DNA from: Nannocystales bacterium
Lineage (GTDB): Bacteria; Myxococcota_A; Polyangia; Nannocystales; Nannocystaceae
DNA: 64,000 bases
Direction of reading: 5' to 3'
NCBI GenBank assembly: GCA_050633305.1
Contig: JBOEGF010000018.1
Span: 384,001 to 448,000 of the forward strand
In this document: piece after piece, positions 19,978 to 31,829 of the stretch
Layout: each line of letters opens with the position of its first letter
How positions within the stretch are numbered: the first letter of the stretch is position 1
Program-made: the position numbers and the translations under genes
Notes under the pieces: generated by a model
What the model was told of the DNA's origin: nothing
The model's database searches: none
What the model saw: only the letters and a program-made list of their open reading frames with translations

Positions 19978-20369
19978 GCGAGACGACGGACAAGCCAGTG
20001 GACGAGCCGGAAGCCGGGGCGGACAAGTCAGAGGCCGAAGCGGAGCCCACGGGCACCATGGCCAAGCTCAAAGGGTTTTTCTCCGAATACGGTCCCCTCG
20101 GGATTACCGTCTGGTTCACGATCTTCTTCGGGACGTGGGGCGCATTTCTCGTGCTGCTCAACGCGGGGGTAGACCTTGGAGGTTGGCTCTCCGGCGGCGA
20201 CGGCGGCGGATTCTTCGGCCGCTTCCTCAAGACGGGCGGGGTCACGGCGTTGGCCTACGGTGCGACTCAAGTCGTCAAACCCATCCGCATCATCGCGACC
20301 TTCGCGATCACGCCGCCGCTTCACTCTTTGCTGCTGCGTATCCGCGGCAAGCAAGAGCCCGACTCCTAG
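19974..20369 (+). CDS. DUF1279/FAM210-like membrane protein
   Basis: 'FFSEYGPLGITVW...ALAYGATQVVKPIRIIATFAITP'; GTG overlaps the udk stop (GTGA). Confidence 0.7.
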   Translation: MSETTDKPVDEPEAGADKSEAEAEPTGTMAKLKGFFSEYGPLGITVWFTIFFGTWGAFLVLLNAGVDLGGWLSGGDGGGFFGRFLKTGGVTALAYGATQVVKPIRIIATFAITPPLHSLLLRIRGKQEPDS

Positions 20370-20388
20370 AGTCCGCGGGGCGGGTCGT

Positions 20389-22131
20389 TCAGCTCCGCTT
20401 GCGCACGCAGATCACGGTGGCCGGCTCGCTCTTCTCCCAGGAGGAGAGGCGCCGGCCGCTGCGTTCGTAGACATACGCGAAGTCGGTGTCGTCGGTGTCG
20501 ACGGTCCGGGACCAGAACGAGCCCTTCGCGAGCATACCGATCGCGCCCAAGAGCTGAAGCTCCCGGCGATGCGGTAGTCGCCAGTCGTCCACGCCATCGA
20601 TCTCGAGTACCCGACACAGGCGCCGGGCACCGTCCCAGCGGGCCTTCGGAGGATCGGTGGTGGCCGTGTAGTACTTGTTGGAGACCTTCACGGCACGCCG
20701 CTCGATTGCGCGGGCGAGCTTGGTCTCCACCTCGGCACTCGACGGCGGGCTGAGGTCGGCTTCGGCCGAAGCCACCGGTGCTGGCGGTTCCACGGGCACG
20801 GGCTGGGGCTCGGGCTGGGGCTCGGGCTCGGGCTCGTCTGGGGCGGGATCCGCCTCCAACTCGTCTTCCGCGTCCACGGGGTTGGAGGCGCTGTCTGCGA
20901 CCGCCGCTGGCTCGGACCCGTCTTGTGGAGCATCAGGAGCAGGGTCTCCGGCGACAGCTTCGTCCTCCGCGTCGTCTTCTTCGGCAGCGTCCTCTACCAG
21001 GACGACCCCTGCCGGATCAGGCGCTCCCAGGTCGGCCTTCGGGTTCGGGTTGGCCGCGGCGGCGCTGGGCTTCTCGTCGCTCGGGGAGTCGACGTGCTCG
21101 CCCGCAGTTTCCGGTTCGTCTGCGGCGCCCGGCGCGTCCGCGGGTGCGTCTTCGTTTTGCTCGCCGCCGGCCGCCGCGATCGCCGTGGCTTGCATATCGG
21201 TGGGCAGGAATCGGTCGTAGGCGCCGAGTTGGTAGCTGGCGAACGCGGCTCCACCGACCAGGACGAGCACGAGAAGGACCCAAGCGCCGCCGCGTCTGCG
21301 CGGCGGTTCCGCGATGGCGGCACCGAAGTTGGCCGCGACCACAGCGCGCTCGGTTTCCTGCGGCACCGCATGGGGGTCGAGGCTGGGCACGCGCACGCGC
21401 TTGCGGTGGGTCTTGGGCGCGTCGCCGCGGGTGGAGCGGGCGACGGTGGGCATCTCATCACCGTCAAACTCTCCGGGGACGGCGGGCAGTGGCCCGGTCA
21501 CGGCGCGGTACTTCCGGGTCGGCTCGATTCGCGCCACGCGGTGAGGAGGTGTGATCGGGGGGGAAGCCTTGGACTTGGCGCTGCGTTTGCGCACCTGATC
21601 TCGCTTCACCGCGCGGTAGGTGCTGGTGTCGTTCTCGTCGATGACTCGGCTGCCAGAGTGCTCCCGCCACTGCCGGCGCTCATGCAGAGGGTCGGGTCGC
21701 GTCCCGCCGGGCATGCGTTCGAGGGCCTCGGCGAACCTGCGGACTTGGCCGACCATGGACAGCGGCAGGCTCAGGTCGAGGACGGCGACGAACAAGTGCT
21801 CATCCGGACCGCCGTGGGTGGCCAGCGCCTGTCGCAGCGGGCCGACAACGGTGTCCTTGAGCGCGCCTTGAACACACACGACGTAGATCGTGGGCCGATC
21901 GCGCGCGCCCCCGCGGTCGAGGATGGCCGAGCGAGCGTCGGACCCCGTGACCACCTCGGTCTCGAACCCGAGACCCTCGAGTGCTCGCCCAACCTCTCCG
22001 ACGATCCCCTCCACGCTGTTGGCACAGCACAACGTGAGCGCGTGGGTTCGCGGGGCCTGATCGGCAAGAGGTCCCGGCAGCAGCGGAGCCGCGTCCGCCT
22101 CGACCAGTTGCGGCTCGATTTCTCCCATCAC
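20389..22131 (-). CDS. Bitopic membrane protein: TIR/receiver-like N-domain, TM, acidic linker, DUF1566 (Lcl-like) C-domain
   Basis: TM 'AWVLLVLVLVGGAAFA' after RRR; C-terminal 'WDGARRLC..L..DGVDDWRLPHRREL...FWS...ICVR'. Confidence 0.75.
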   Translation of the reverse strand: MMGEIEPQLVEADAAPLLPGPLADQAPRTHALTLCCANSVEGIVGEVGRALEGLGFETEVVTGSDARSAILDRGGARDRPTIYVVCVQGALKDTVVGPLRQALATHGGPDEHLFVAVLDLSLPLSMVGQVRRFAEALERMPGGTRPDPLHERRQWREHSGSRVIDENDTSTYRAVKRDQVRKRSAKSKASPPITPPHRVARIEPTRKYRAVTGPLPAVPGEFDGDEMPTVARSTRGDAPKTHRKRVRVPSLDPHAVPQETERAVVAANFGAAIAEPPRRRGGAWVLLVLVLVGGAAFASYQLGAYDRFLPTDMQATAIAAAGGEQNEDAPADAPGAADEPETAGEHVDSPSDEKPSAAAANPNPKADLGAPDPAGVVLVEDAAEEDDAEDEAVAGDPAPDAPQDGSEPAAVADSASNPVDAEDELEADPAPDEPEPEPQPEPQPVPVEPPAPVASAEADLSPPSSAEVETKLARAIERRAVKVSNKYYTATTDPPKARWDGARRLCRVLEIDGVDDWRLPHRRELQLLGAIGMLAKGSFWSRTVDTDDTDFAYVYERSGRRLSSWEKSEPATVICVRKRS

Positions 22132-22185
22132 CCCCGACGTCTCGCACCATAATGTAACAGATGCGGGGCGGCGTTCAGCTCGCGG

Positions 22186-23709
22186 CTACAATTCGTCGGC
22201 CTTCTTGGAGATCGGCCCGCGATAGTTGTTCTCGAGGCTGATCTGCGCAACGACCGGCCCGAACCCTTTGTAGGTTTGCTTGACGCGGGTGAGTGCATTC
22301 GAGCGCCAGTCCACGTAGGGGTTGTCGATCTGCACGGGGTCGAGGCAGCCGGCAAGGACCACCTTGGAGGTCTCGCAGAAGCGGCTCATCAGGGTTTTGG
22401 CGAGGTGTCGGTCTCCGTTTTGAAGCTCATCGACGAGGACGATGGAGCTCTCGATGTCCAGGCCCCGCAGCAGTGAGGTGGAGAGCATGTGCATCATCTT
22501 GCGGTGCTCGAGCTCGGCCATGAAGTCGTGCTCGTTGATCGCACTGAGTGCCCGCATGTGCTGCATGAAGGGCTCCAGCCACGGGGAGACCTTCTCATTG
22601 AAGTCGCCGGGCAAGTAGCCGAGTTCGTAGTTGCTCGAGGGGTGCTCGGGCCGCAGCAAGAACATGCCGTTCTCGAAGCGGTTGGTGTGGGCGAGTGCGG
22701 AGTTCCTGGAGAACCGCATCGCAGTCGGCTGGCCCAACAACTGGTGCAGCGCGGCCGCCATCATCAGGCGGGTCTTTCCTGAGCCCGCGGGACCATCGAG
22801 GACGACCAGCTGGACCGCGGGGTCGAGCATGAACTCCATGGCGAAGCACTGCAGGGGGTCACGTGGGGTCATGCCCAGGATGGGTCGCGGGCTGTAGGTC
22901 AGCCGTTTGCGATCCCAGTACAAGGCGAAGCGGAGTTCGTGGAGTTCTCGGGTTTCGAGGTCCGCACGAAGCAGAAGCTCGTCATCCCCCGACTGGAGGA
23001 TCACGCCTGTGTTCCACATCAGGCGCTCGGTGATCGCGGGATCGAGTGTGTCCAAGGCGATCGAGCGCTCCATCGGCGGGGCGCCATCGAGAAAGTCTCG
23101 CATCACGCTCGGCTCGACTTCGGCGCGGATATAGCCTCGGTAGACCTCTTTGGGACTGTCCAGCTCCAGCTTTCCGAAGCGCAGGGCTTCTCCACGAAGT
23201 CCAACGGCGTCGCATTTGAGCAAGACGTTGCTGTCCTCCGAAACGACAACCACGCTGTAGCGGCCCGGCGCGCATTCGTCAGCGACCGCGGCCACCCTGC
23301 GCGCTCCCGCGACGATCAGGTTGTCCCCCGTCGTCGCGTCGTACGGTGCCATCGTGTCCCCTTCGGGCTCCCAGGCGAGCGTGCCGCGCTTGGCGTTGAG
23401 ATCCGGGGTTGCATGCGCGCCCGCCTGAAACAGCTCACGGATGTCGTGTGAGATCAGCCCCTGTCCGCGCAACGTCAGGATGTTCCGCATGACCGAGCGA
23501 GCCGCAGCACGGACTCCCTCGGACTTGTTGCGGCTGGCCTGAAGTCGCCCCAACTCTTCGATGACCTGGTGCAGCAACACGACGACATTGCCGTCGGTGA
23601 GCAAGCGGTCGAGCGAGTCAGGATTCTCGACGAGCGACGAGGTATCGGGGATGTAGACGGTGCCGGAGAGCGGAGCCGAGTCCAATGGCATCGATTTCCG
23701 TCGTACCAT
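22186..23709 (-). CDS. PIN-PhoH (PhoH2-type) ribonuclease/ATPase
   Basis: PIN 'YIPDTSSLVENP', 'VIEEL', 'VVSEDSNV'; PhoH P-loop GPAGSGKT, 'LGYLPGD..EK..PW', 'VDELQN'. Confidence 0.88.
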   Translation of the reverse strand: MVRRKSMPLDSAPLSGTVYIPDTSSLVENPDSLDRLLTDGNVVVLLHQVIEELGRLQASRNKSEGVRAAARSVMRNILTLRGQGLISHDIRELFQAGAHATPDLNAKRGTLAWEPEGDTMAPYDATTGDNLIVAGARRVAAVADECAPGRYSVVVVSEDSNVLLKCDAVGLRGEALRFGKLELDSPKEVYRGYIRAEVEPSVMRDFLDGAPPMERSIALDTLDPAITERLMWNTGVILQSGDDELLLRADLETRELHELRFALYWDRKRLTYSPRPILGMTPRDPLQCFAMEFMLDPAVQLVVLDGPAGSGKTRLMMAAALHQLLGQPTAMRFSRNSALAHTNRFENGMFLLRPEHPSSNYELGYLPGDFNEKVSPWLEPFMQHMRALSAINEHDFMAELEHRKMMHMLSTSLLRGLDIESSIVLVDELQNGDRHLAKTLMSRFCETSKVVLAGCLDPVQIDNPYVDWRSNALTRVKQTYKGFGPVVAQISLENNYRGPISKKADEL

Positions 23710-23931
23710 GGCCGGCGTATCCGGTCTTTCGGCCGCCCCGCGCCACCGCGCTTTTCGAGTATTTCGGATCGTTTAGCGCGCGGTGGTTTCGGGCGTGCGC
23801 ACGCATTCGGCAAACGCGCATGGTGTGCGAAAAGGTGAGCTGAGACGACGGGCCATGCGGCCGGGGGCGTTGATCGATGAGCGGGTCGCGGTGTACGAGT
23901 GCGCATCCCCTATTCGGGGAAGGACGCTGCA

Positions 23932-24948
23932 ATGACCACCAAAATCGCCATCAACGGGTTCGGACGCATCGGTCGTCTGGTGTATCGCATCGCCGCGGAG
24001 CGCGGAGACATTGAGATCGTTGCTGTCAACGACCTCGTTTCCGCACCCAACCTGGCCTACCTCTTGGAGTACGACTCCACGCACGGCCGGATTGGGAAGT
24101 CGGTCGAGCTCAGCGAGAACGGTTTCTCCGTCGACGGAAAAGAGACCAAGTGCCTCAGTGAGCGCGACCCTGCTGCGCTCCCCTGGAAGGACCTTGGCGT
24201 CGACTACGTGCTCGAAGCAACGGGGCTTTTTACCAAGCTCGACGACGCGAGCAAGCACGTGCAGGCGGGAGCCAAGCGCGTCCTGATCTCCGCGCCGACC
24301 AAGACCCCCGACACCGTTCCGACGTTCGCCTACAAGGTCAACCACGAAGGATACGACCCTGCCCAGCACACGGTCCTGTCCAACGCGTCGTGCACCACGA
24401 ACTGCCTGGCGCCGGTCGCCAAGGTGATCAATGACAGCTTCGGGTTGGCCGAAGGTCTGATGACCACCGTTCACGCGGCGACGGCGACGCAGCCCACCCA
24501 AGACGGTCCGACCAAGAAGGACTTCCGTGGTGGACGCAACGCATACACGAACATCATCCCCGCGAGCACCGGCGCTGCGAAGGCGGTCGGCCTGTGCATT
24601 CCCGAGCTGCAAGGCAAGATCACGGGCATGGCGTTCCGCGTTCCGACGGCGGATGTCTCGGTCGTCGACCTCACCTTCCGCACGGACAAGAAGACCAGCA
24701 TCGCCGAGATCAGCGCGGCCATGAAGGCCGCCGCGGAAGGCCCCATGAAGGGCGTTCTCGGCTACACGGAGGCACCTGTCGTGTCCTCGGACTTCATCTC
24801 CGACCCCCACAGCAGCATCTACGACGCCACCGCGGCGATCCAGCTCAACGATCAGTTCTTCAAGATCGTCAGCTGGTACGACAACGAGTGGGGCTACTCC
24901 ACGCGCTGCGTCGACATGATCGAGATGATGGCAAAAAAAGACCGATAG
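23932..24948 (+). CDS. gap: Type I glyceraldehyde-3-phosphate dehydrogenase
   Basis: INGFGRIGR, catalytic [17 protein letters not shown]. Confidence 0.98.
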   Translation: MTTKIAINGFGRIGRLVYRIAAERGDIEIVAVNDLVSAPNLAYLLEYDSTHGRIGKSVELSENGFSVDGKETKCLSERDPAALPWKDLGVDYVLEATGLFTKLDDASKHVQAGAKRVLISAPTKTPDTVPTFAYKVNHEGYDPAQHTVLSNASCTTNCLAPVAKVINDSFGLAEGLMTTVHAATATQPTQDGPTKKDFRGGRNAYTNIIPASTGAAKAVGLCIPELQGKITGMAFRVPTADVSVVDLTFRTDKKTSIAEISAAMKAAAEGPMKGVLGYTEAPVVSSDFISDPHSSIYDATAAIQLNDQFFKIVSWYDNEWGYSTRCVDMIEMMAKKDR

Positions 24949-25025
24949 CCTTGTTGGCACACCGCTCCTTCATTCGGTGTGCCGGCTATCGGTCGTAGAA
25001 CTTGGCGTTTGGTGCCGAGCTCTGA

Positions 25026-25070
25026 CGAGGGGGTTGAGAACCGTGGGTTCTCTTCTCCCTCGATTTTTTT
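25026..25070 (+). terminator. Intrinsic terminator downstream of gap
   Basis: Stem CGAGGGGG-TT-GAGAACC / GGTTCTC-TT-CTCCCTCG followed by ATTTTTTT. Confidence 0.75.
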
Positions 25071-25212
25071 GGCTGTCGCCTGGAGTCTCGGTACAGACCC
25101 CAACCATTCAATAGCGGATCCAAGGGGGGTTCGTCACGTGAAGATCGCATCGAGCCTCGCGCTTGGCTCGCGATCGCTTTCATCGAACGTCGCGCGGCGG
25201 CACACTCGACGC

Positions 25213-26256
25213 ATGTTGGATGTGCGTTCGAAGTTGGAGCTGGCGCTGGGACGGCGACTGGTGCGGATGCCGGACGCATGGCTCGATCGTCTTGGCGCGA
25301 GGCTTCACGTCGCGCGCGACGGCTTCACGATCAACCGGCGAGTCCACTTCGCCGTGCGGCTGATGGACCGCGCCAATGGAGGCAAGGGATTGCACGCGTT
25401 CGGAGTGCACGGGGCGCGTGAGCAGATGGCTCGCTTGCCGGCGTTGATGGATCCGGAGTCGCCGAGGGGTTCGCGAGTTCATGACGCCGAGTTCGACGGA
25501 CCTCGTGGCATGGTCCGTGTACGCATCTACGCGCCCCCAGGTGTGCACGGTGACGCGCCGGTCTTGGTCTACTTCCACGGAGGCGGCGGGGTGGTGGGTG
25601 ACCTCGAGACGCACGATGTCCCGTGCCGTGTGTTGTGTCGGGAGGCGGAGTGCACGGTGGTCTCGGTCGAGTACGGCCTCGCCCCCGAAAACCCTTTTCC
25701 AGCGGGGCTTAACGACTGCCTCGCGGCATTTCGCTGGATCCGCGACCACCCCGAGCTGGTGAACTCGGACGGACGGTTGGCGGTTGGCGGCGATTCGATG
25801 GGGGCGAACCTCGCGGCGTCCGTCGCCCTGCTGACCCGGGGGGAGGGGGGACCGTGTTTTCAGTTGTTGATCTATCCGATGACGGACCCCGTGGAGCCCT
25901 CCGCATCGCGTCGGGCGTTTGCCCGGGGTTTCCTGTTGGAGGCGGACACGGTCGACTGGTTTGAGCAGACGTATCTCGGCGGTGCAGATCCCAACGATCC
26001 TCGCATCGCGGTTCTTCGGACTCCCGACCTCGGTGGTGTTGCGTCTGCCTACATCGCGACTGCCGGCTTCGATCCCTTGAGAGATGAGGGGCACGCGTAC
26101 GCGGATGCTCTCCAGGCGGCGGGGGTCGCCGTGGAGCGCCGGTGCTTCGGTGATCAGGTGCACGGCTTCCTACACATGACGGGAGCCGTCCCCGGAGCAT
26201 CGGCCGCACTCGAGCGAATTGGCGAGGCGTTGGCAGCAGGGTTTGCGGCGAGCTGA
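25213..26256 (+). CDS. Alpha/beta hydrolase, HSL-family esterase/lipase
   Basis: HGGG oxyanion motif, GDSMG nucleophile, 'FDPLRDEG', 'HGF'. Confidence 0.93.
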   Translation: MLDVRSKLELALGRRLVRMPDAWLDRLGARLHVARDGFTINRRVHFAVRLMDRANGGKGLHAFGVHGAREQMARLPALMDPESPRGSRVHDAEFDGPRGMVRVRIYAPPGVHGDAPVLVYFHGGGGVVGDLETHDVPCRVLCREAECTVVSVEYGLAPENPFPAGLNDCLAAFRWIRDHPELVNSDGRLAVGGDSMGANLAASVALLTRGEGGPCFQLLIYPMTDPVEPSASRRAFARGFLLEADTVDWFEQTYLGGADPNDPRIAVLRTPDLGGVASAYIATAGFDPLRDEGHAYADALQAAGVAVERRCFGDQVHGFLHMTGAVPGASAALERIGEALAAGFAAS

Positions 26257-26338
26257 CCTGCGCGCGATGACGACACGGGGCGTCTGCAAAACTTCCAGTA
26301 CGCCCGGGCGCCGTGCGATGCTCCCGCCCACGGATCTC

Positions 26339-26869
26339 ATGCGTACGTCTGCACTCATTTTCTCCGTGACTCTCTGCTTCTCTCTTGGCGCTTGCGACAG
26401 CGGCAACTCAGCACCGAAGCCCAACCCCGCCGCAGACGCGAAGGCGAAAGAGGCGGACGAGAAGAAGAAGCGTGTCGAAGCGAAGCGCCTGGAGCGTGAA
26501 GCCAAGGCGAAGGCCGAAAAGGAGGAGGCCGCCAAGCATCAGGCGGCCATTGATGCTCTGCTCGTGCTTCCCGAGAAAATGCCCAAGAAACTCGACAAGG
26601 CCTGCAAGGCGGCCAGCGAGGCTCAGGACGCGTTCATGCTTCGCCACTACGACGGGGATGCGGTCGAGAAGTGGAACGCCGCGAAGAGTTCGCAGCTCCA
26701 GATGGCGGTTGCGACTTGCACGAAGCTGGGCAGCATCGAGTCGGCGGCATGCCAGGCCAACGCGCTGGCGACCGCGCCGACCGAGCTGAAGAAGGCCCTT
26801 CCGGACATCCTGCGCGGCTGCATGGAGAAGTTCGGCAAGCCGGCTGCAGGCGGCCCGCCACCGAAGTGA
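26339..26869 (+). CDS. Hypothetical lipoprotein
   Basis: LGAC lipobox, K/E/A coiled coil, four-Cys helical C-domain. Confidence 0.7.
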   Translation: MRTSALIFSVTLCFSLGACDSGNSAPKPNPAADAKAKEADEKKKRVEAKRLEREAKAKAEKEEAAKHQAAIDALLVLPEKMPKKLDKACKAASEAQDAFMLRHYDGDAVEKWNAAKSSQLQMAVATCTKLGSIESAACQANALATAPTELKKALPDILRGCMEKFGKPAAGGPPPK

Positions 26870-26873
26870 GTCG

Positions 26874-27305
26874 ATGAGCTCGATCGGCAGCATCTACGAC
26901 GACGCTCCCGCTGGCGAGGACCGGGGCCCGGACCTGCGCGCGAGCGTGAAGGTGCCGCGCTCGGGGTTGGGCGCACCGGACGGTGTGTGTGTTCCGCTGC
27001 CACCTACGCTCACGCTCGATGGCGCCGAAGTGGAGCGCGCGCCGCAGCCGGGCGAGTCGCTGGATTCGATCACACTACGCCTTCCGGAGGACTTCCCCGA
27101 CGGTGCGACGCTTCGTTTGAGAGGTGCCGGAGGTCGCGGGACGAAGGGCAGCGGAGACCTGTTCCTTCGGGTGGAGATCTCCTCGGATGCGATCGTCGTG
27201 TCGCCACCACGGGAAGTCGCGACCCAAGAGGGCTCATCGACCCCGGTGGTGGCGAGTCTGGCGATCGCGGCGATCATCGCACTCCTCTACGTCTTGCTGG
27301 GCTGA
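26874..27305 (+). CDS. DnaJ C-terminal-like domain protein with C-terminal TM anchor
   Basis: 'RGPDLRASV', 'DGATLRLRGAGG..G.GDLFLRVEI'; no J domain or HPD; hydrophobic C-terminus. Confidence 0.7.
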   Translation: MSSIGSIYDDAPAGEDRGPDLRASVKVPRSGLGAPDGVCVPLPPTLTLDGAEVERAPQPGESLDSITLRLPEDFPDGATLRLRGAGGRGTKGSGDLFLRVEISSDAIVVSPPREVATQEGSSTPVVASLAIAAIIALLYVLLG

Positions 27306-27310
27306 ACTCG

Positions 27311-29119
27311 GTGGCGAAGCTCGAGGCATCCCCCATGGTGGAGCGGGCGGTGTTTGCCGCCGTCGCAGTTGTGCTCGCGTTCGTTCCTGGGGCGGCCGTG
27401 GCACAGATTCAGGGTCTGTCGTGGCAGGACGACGTCTCGGCGGTGCTGCGCTTCACGGTCGCGGGCGCCCTGTTGGTCGGGTTTGGGTACGCGTTGACCC
27501 TCCGTCGCGCCGCCGATCGGTGGTCGGCGCTGCGCCGAGCAAACCTGAGGGCGCTGCCGTTGCTGGGCATGCCGCTGTTGGGGCTGTTGCTGGACCCGGA
27601 CGTCGCGACCACCCGGGGCGGGCTGATCATCGCGGCAGTGGTGGGGTGGGGCGTGATGGCCGGCGTGTCGACGTTGCACGGGCGAGACCGGGTTCCTCGC
27701 GGTGCCCACCGGGTGGAGCTGTGGGGGGTGGTCGCGGCTGCGCTCATTGTGGGGGCATGGCTCGCGCGTCTTGCCCTCATCCGCGACTCCTCGATGCAAA
27801 CGAACACGTACGACTTCGGTCTGTTCGTCAACGCGATCTGGAACACCTCCGCGGGCCGGCCGTTTGTGTGCTCGCTGGTCCCCAGTGGCTCGGTCCTCGA
27901 CGAGCATGTTTCGCTCGCGCTGCTCGTCTTTGCCGGGTTGATGAAGGCAGGGCTCCCTCCACGCGGATTCCTTGTCCTTCAATCGGTCTGGATCTGCCTG
28001 GGCGCGGTGCCTTTGTTCCTGCTTGCACGACGGCACCTCGGGGCCGCGGGGGCACGCGTGTTCGCGCTGGCCTACCTGCTTCATCCCTCAGTGCACGTCA
28101 ATGCGTTGTGGGACTTCCACCCGATGAGCTTCGCCGCACCATTGCTGATCACGCTGGTGCTCTACGGCGAGCGTCGTCGTCTGCACGTCGGGTTTGTGCT
28201 GAGTGCCGCGGGCTTGCTGATGCTTCGCGAGGAGTTCGCGTTCGTGTTGGTCGCGTTCTCGGTGACGCTCGTGTCGCGGGGGCAGACGCGCCGGGCTGCG
28301 GGCCTGGTTGCGAGCGCACTCGCGTTCCTCGTGATGCTCAACGTGACGATGGGACAAACCTCGAGTCATCTCGCACGGTACGCCGATGTGGCCGAGCGCG
28401 GCGGGGGGGGGATCGTCGGGATGATGCTCGCCACGTTGTTCGAGCCGGCCTTCGTGCTGGGCTACGCGTTGAGCTACGCCAAGGTCGTGTACGTCGGGAT
28501 CCAAGGAGCCGGCGTTCTCGCGATGGCCGCGTGGGTCCGCCGAGCGTGGCCGATGCTCGCCCTCGCGTGTGCGTTCTCGATGCTGGCGAGCAGTCGCGCC
28601 GTCTACAACCCGTTCTTCCACTACACCACGATGCTCTACCCGCTCGCGCTGGCATGGGCCCCAGAGGGTCTGTCTCGACTCGCTGCGCGGCCGTGGAGTG
28701 CGCGGTCGATTCGTGTCCGGCGTCGAGCATTGGTGGTCGCTGTTGGCGTCGCGTCCGTCGGAATGTCGCTGACCTACGGCGGGCTGCACGACAATGAGGT
28801 GTTCCGCGCTGGCTTCCGGTCCCCGCGCAGAGCGATCTCGGAGCGCGCCCAGGAGCGCCTCGAGTGGTTGCACTCGCAACTCGCCGCGCTGCCCCCCGAG
28901 ATGCCGATCGCCGTCACCGGTCGCGTGGGTCCGCATGCTGCCACGCGACCCCAAGTGTATGCGTTCCCGACCGATCATGAGGTGGACGCGCTCGTGGTGT
29001 TTCAGGGCGACCTCCGTCGCGAAGACAAGTCGGCGCTGCGAACCGCGGTGGGGCGGGGCGAGTGGGCGATGGCGGCATCGTCGGGGTCGCTGGCGATCTA
29101 CCGCCGCGTGTCTCGTTGA
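27311..29119 (+). CDS. DUF2079-family polytopic membrane protein (predicted GT-C glycosyltransferase)
   Basis: 'YDFGLFVNAIWN', 'DEHVS', 'AYLLHP', 'WDFHP', 'LREE'; start uncertain (27311 GTG or 27335 ATG). Confidence 0.8.
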   Translation: MAKLEASPMVERAVFAAVAVVLAFVPGAAVAQIQGLSWQDDVSAVLRFTVAGALLVGFGYALTLRRAADRWSALRRANLRALPLLGMPLLGLLLDPDVATTRGGLIIAAVVGWGVMAGVSTLHGRDRVPRGAHRVELWGVVAAALIVGAWLARLALIRDSSMQTNTYDFGLFVNAIWNTSAGRPFVCSLVPSGSVLDEHVSLALLVFAGLMKAGLPPRGFLVLQSVWICLGAVPLFLLARRHLGAAGARVFALAYLLHPSVHVNALWDFHPMSFAAPLLITLVLYGERRRLHVGFVLSAAGLLMLREEFAFVLVAFSVTLVSRGQTRRAAGLVASALAFLVMLNVTMGQTSSHLARYADVAERGGGGIVGMMLATLFEPAFVLGYALSYAKVVYVGIQGAGVLAMAAWVRRAWPMLALACAFSMLASSRAVYNPFFHYTTMLYPLALAWAPEGLSRLAARPWSARSIRVRRRALVVAVGVASVGMSLTYGGLHDNEVFRAGFRSPRRAISERAQERLEWLHSQLAALPPEMPIAVTGRVGPHAATRPQVYAFPTDHEVDALVVFQGDLRREDKSALRTAVGRGEWAMAASSGSLAIYRRVSR

Positions 29120-29236
29120 ACCGCCGGAGGGCGGGCGCGACCGGTCGCGTCGGTCTGGGAGATCGACGATTTTGGGGGAAGGGGAGCGCGGGTTGCCCCG
29201 GATCCCGCACGGGGTATTATCCCGCACCGAGCCGCC

Positions 29237-31771
<2,535 letters not shown>

Positions 31772-31829
31772 GCTGCCTGCGCAGGCATCGTGTTGACGGG
31801 ACGCGGTCTGGACCCCGTATCATTGCGGA

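Noticed and set aside
23805..23870. c-di-GMP-I riboswitch-like GGCAAAC upstream of gap
   Set aside because: No GNRA-capped stem or downstream GCAAA / receptor elements
25022..25066. Hammerhead-like CTGACGAG-stem
   Set aside because: The stem is followed by CGAT rather than CGAAA and no stem I/III fits; a terminator explains it better
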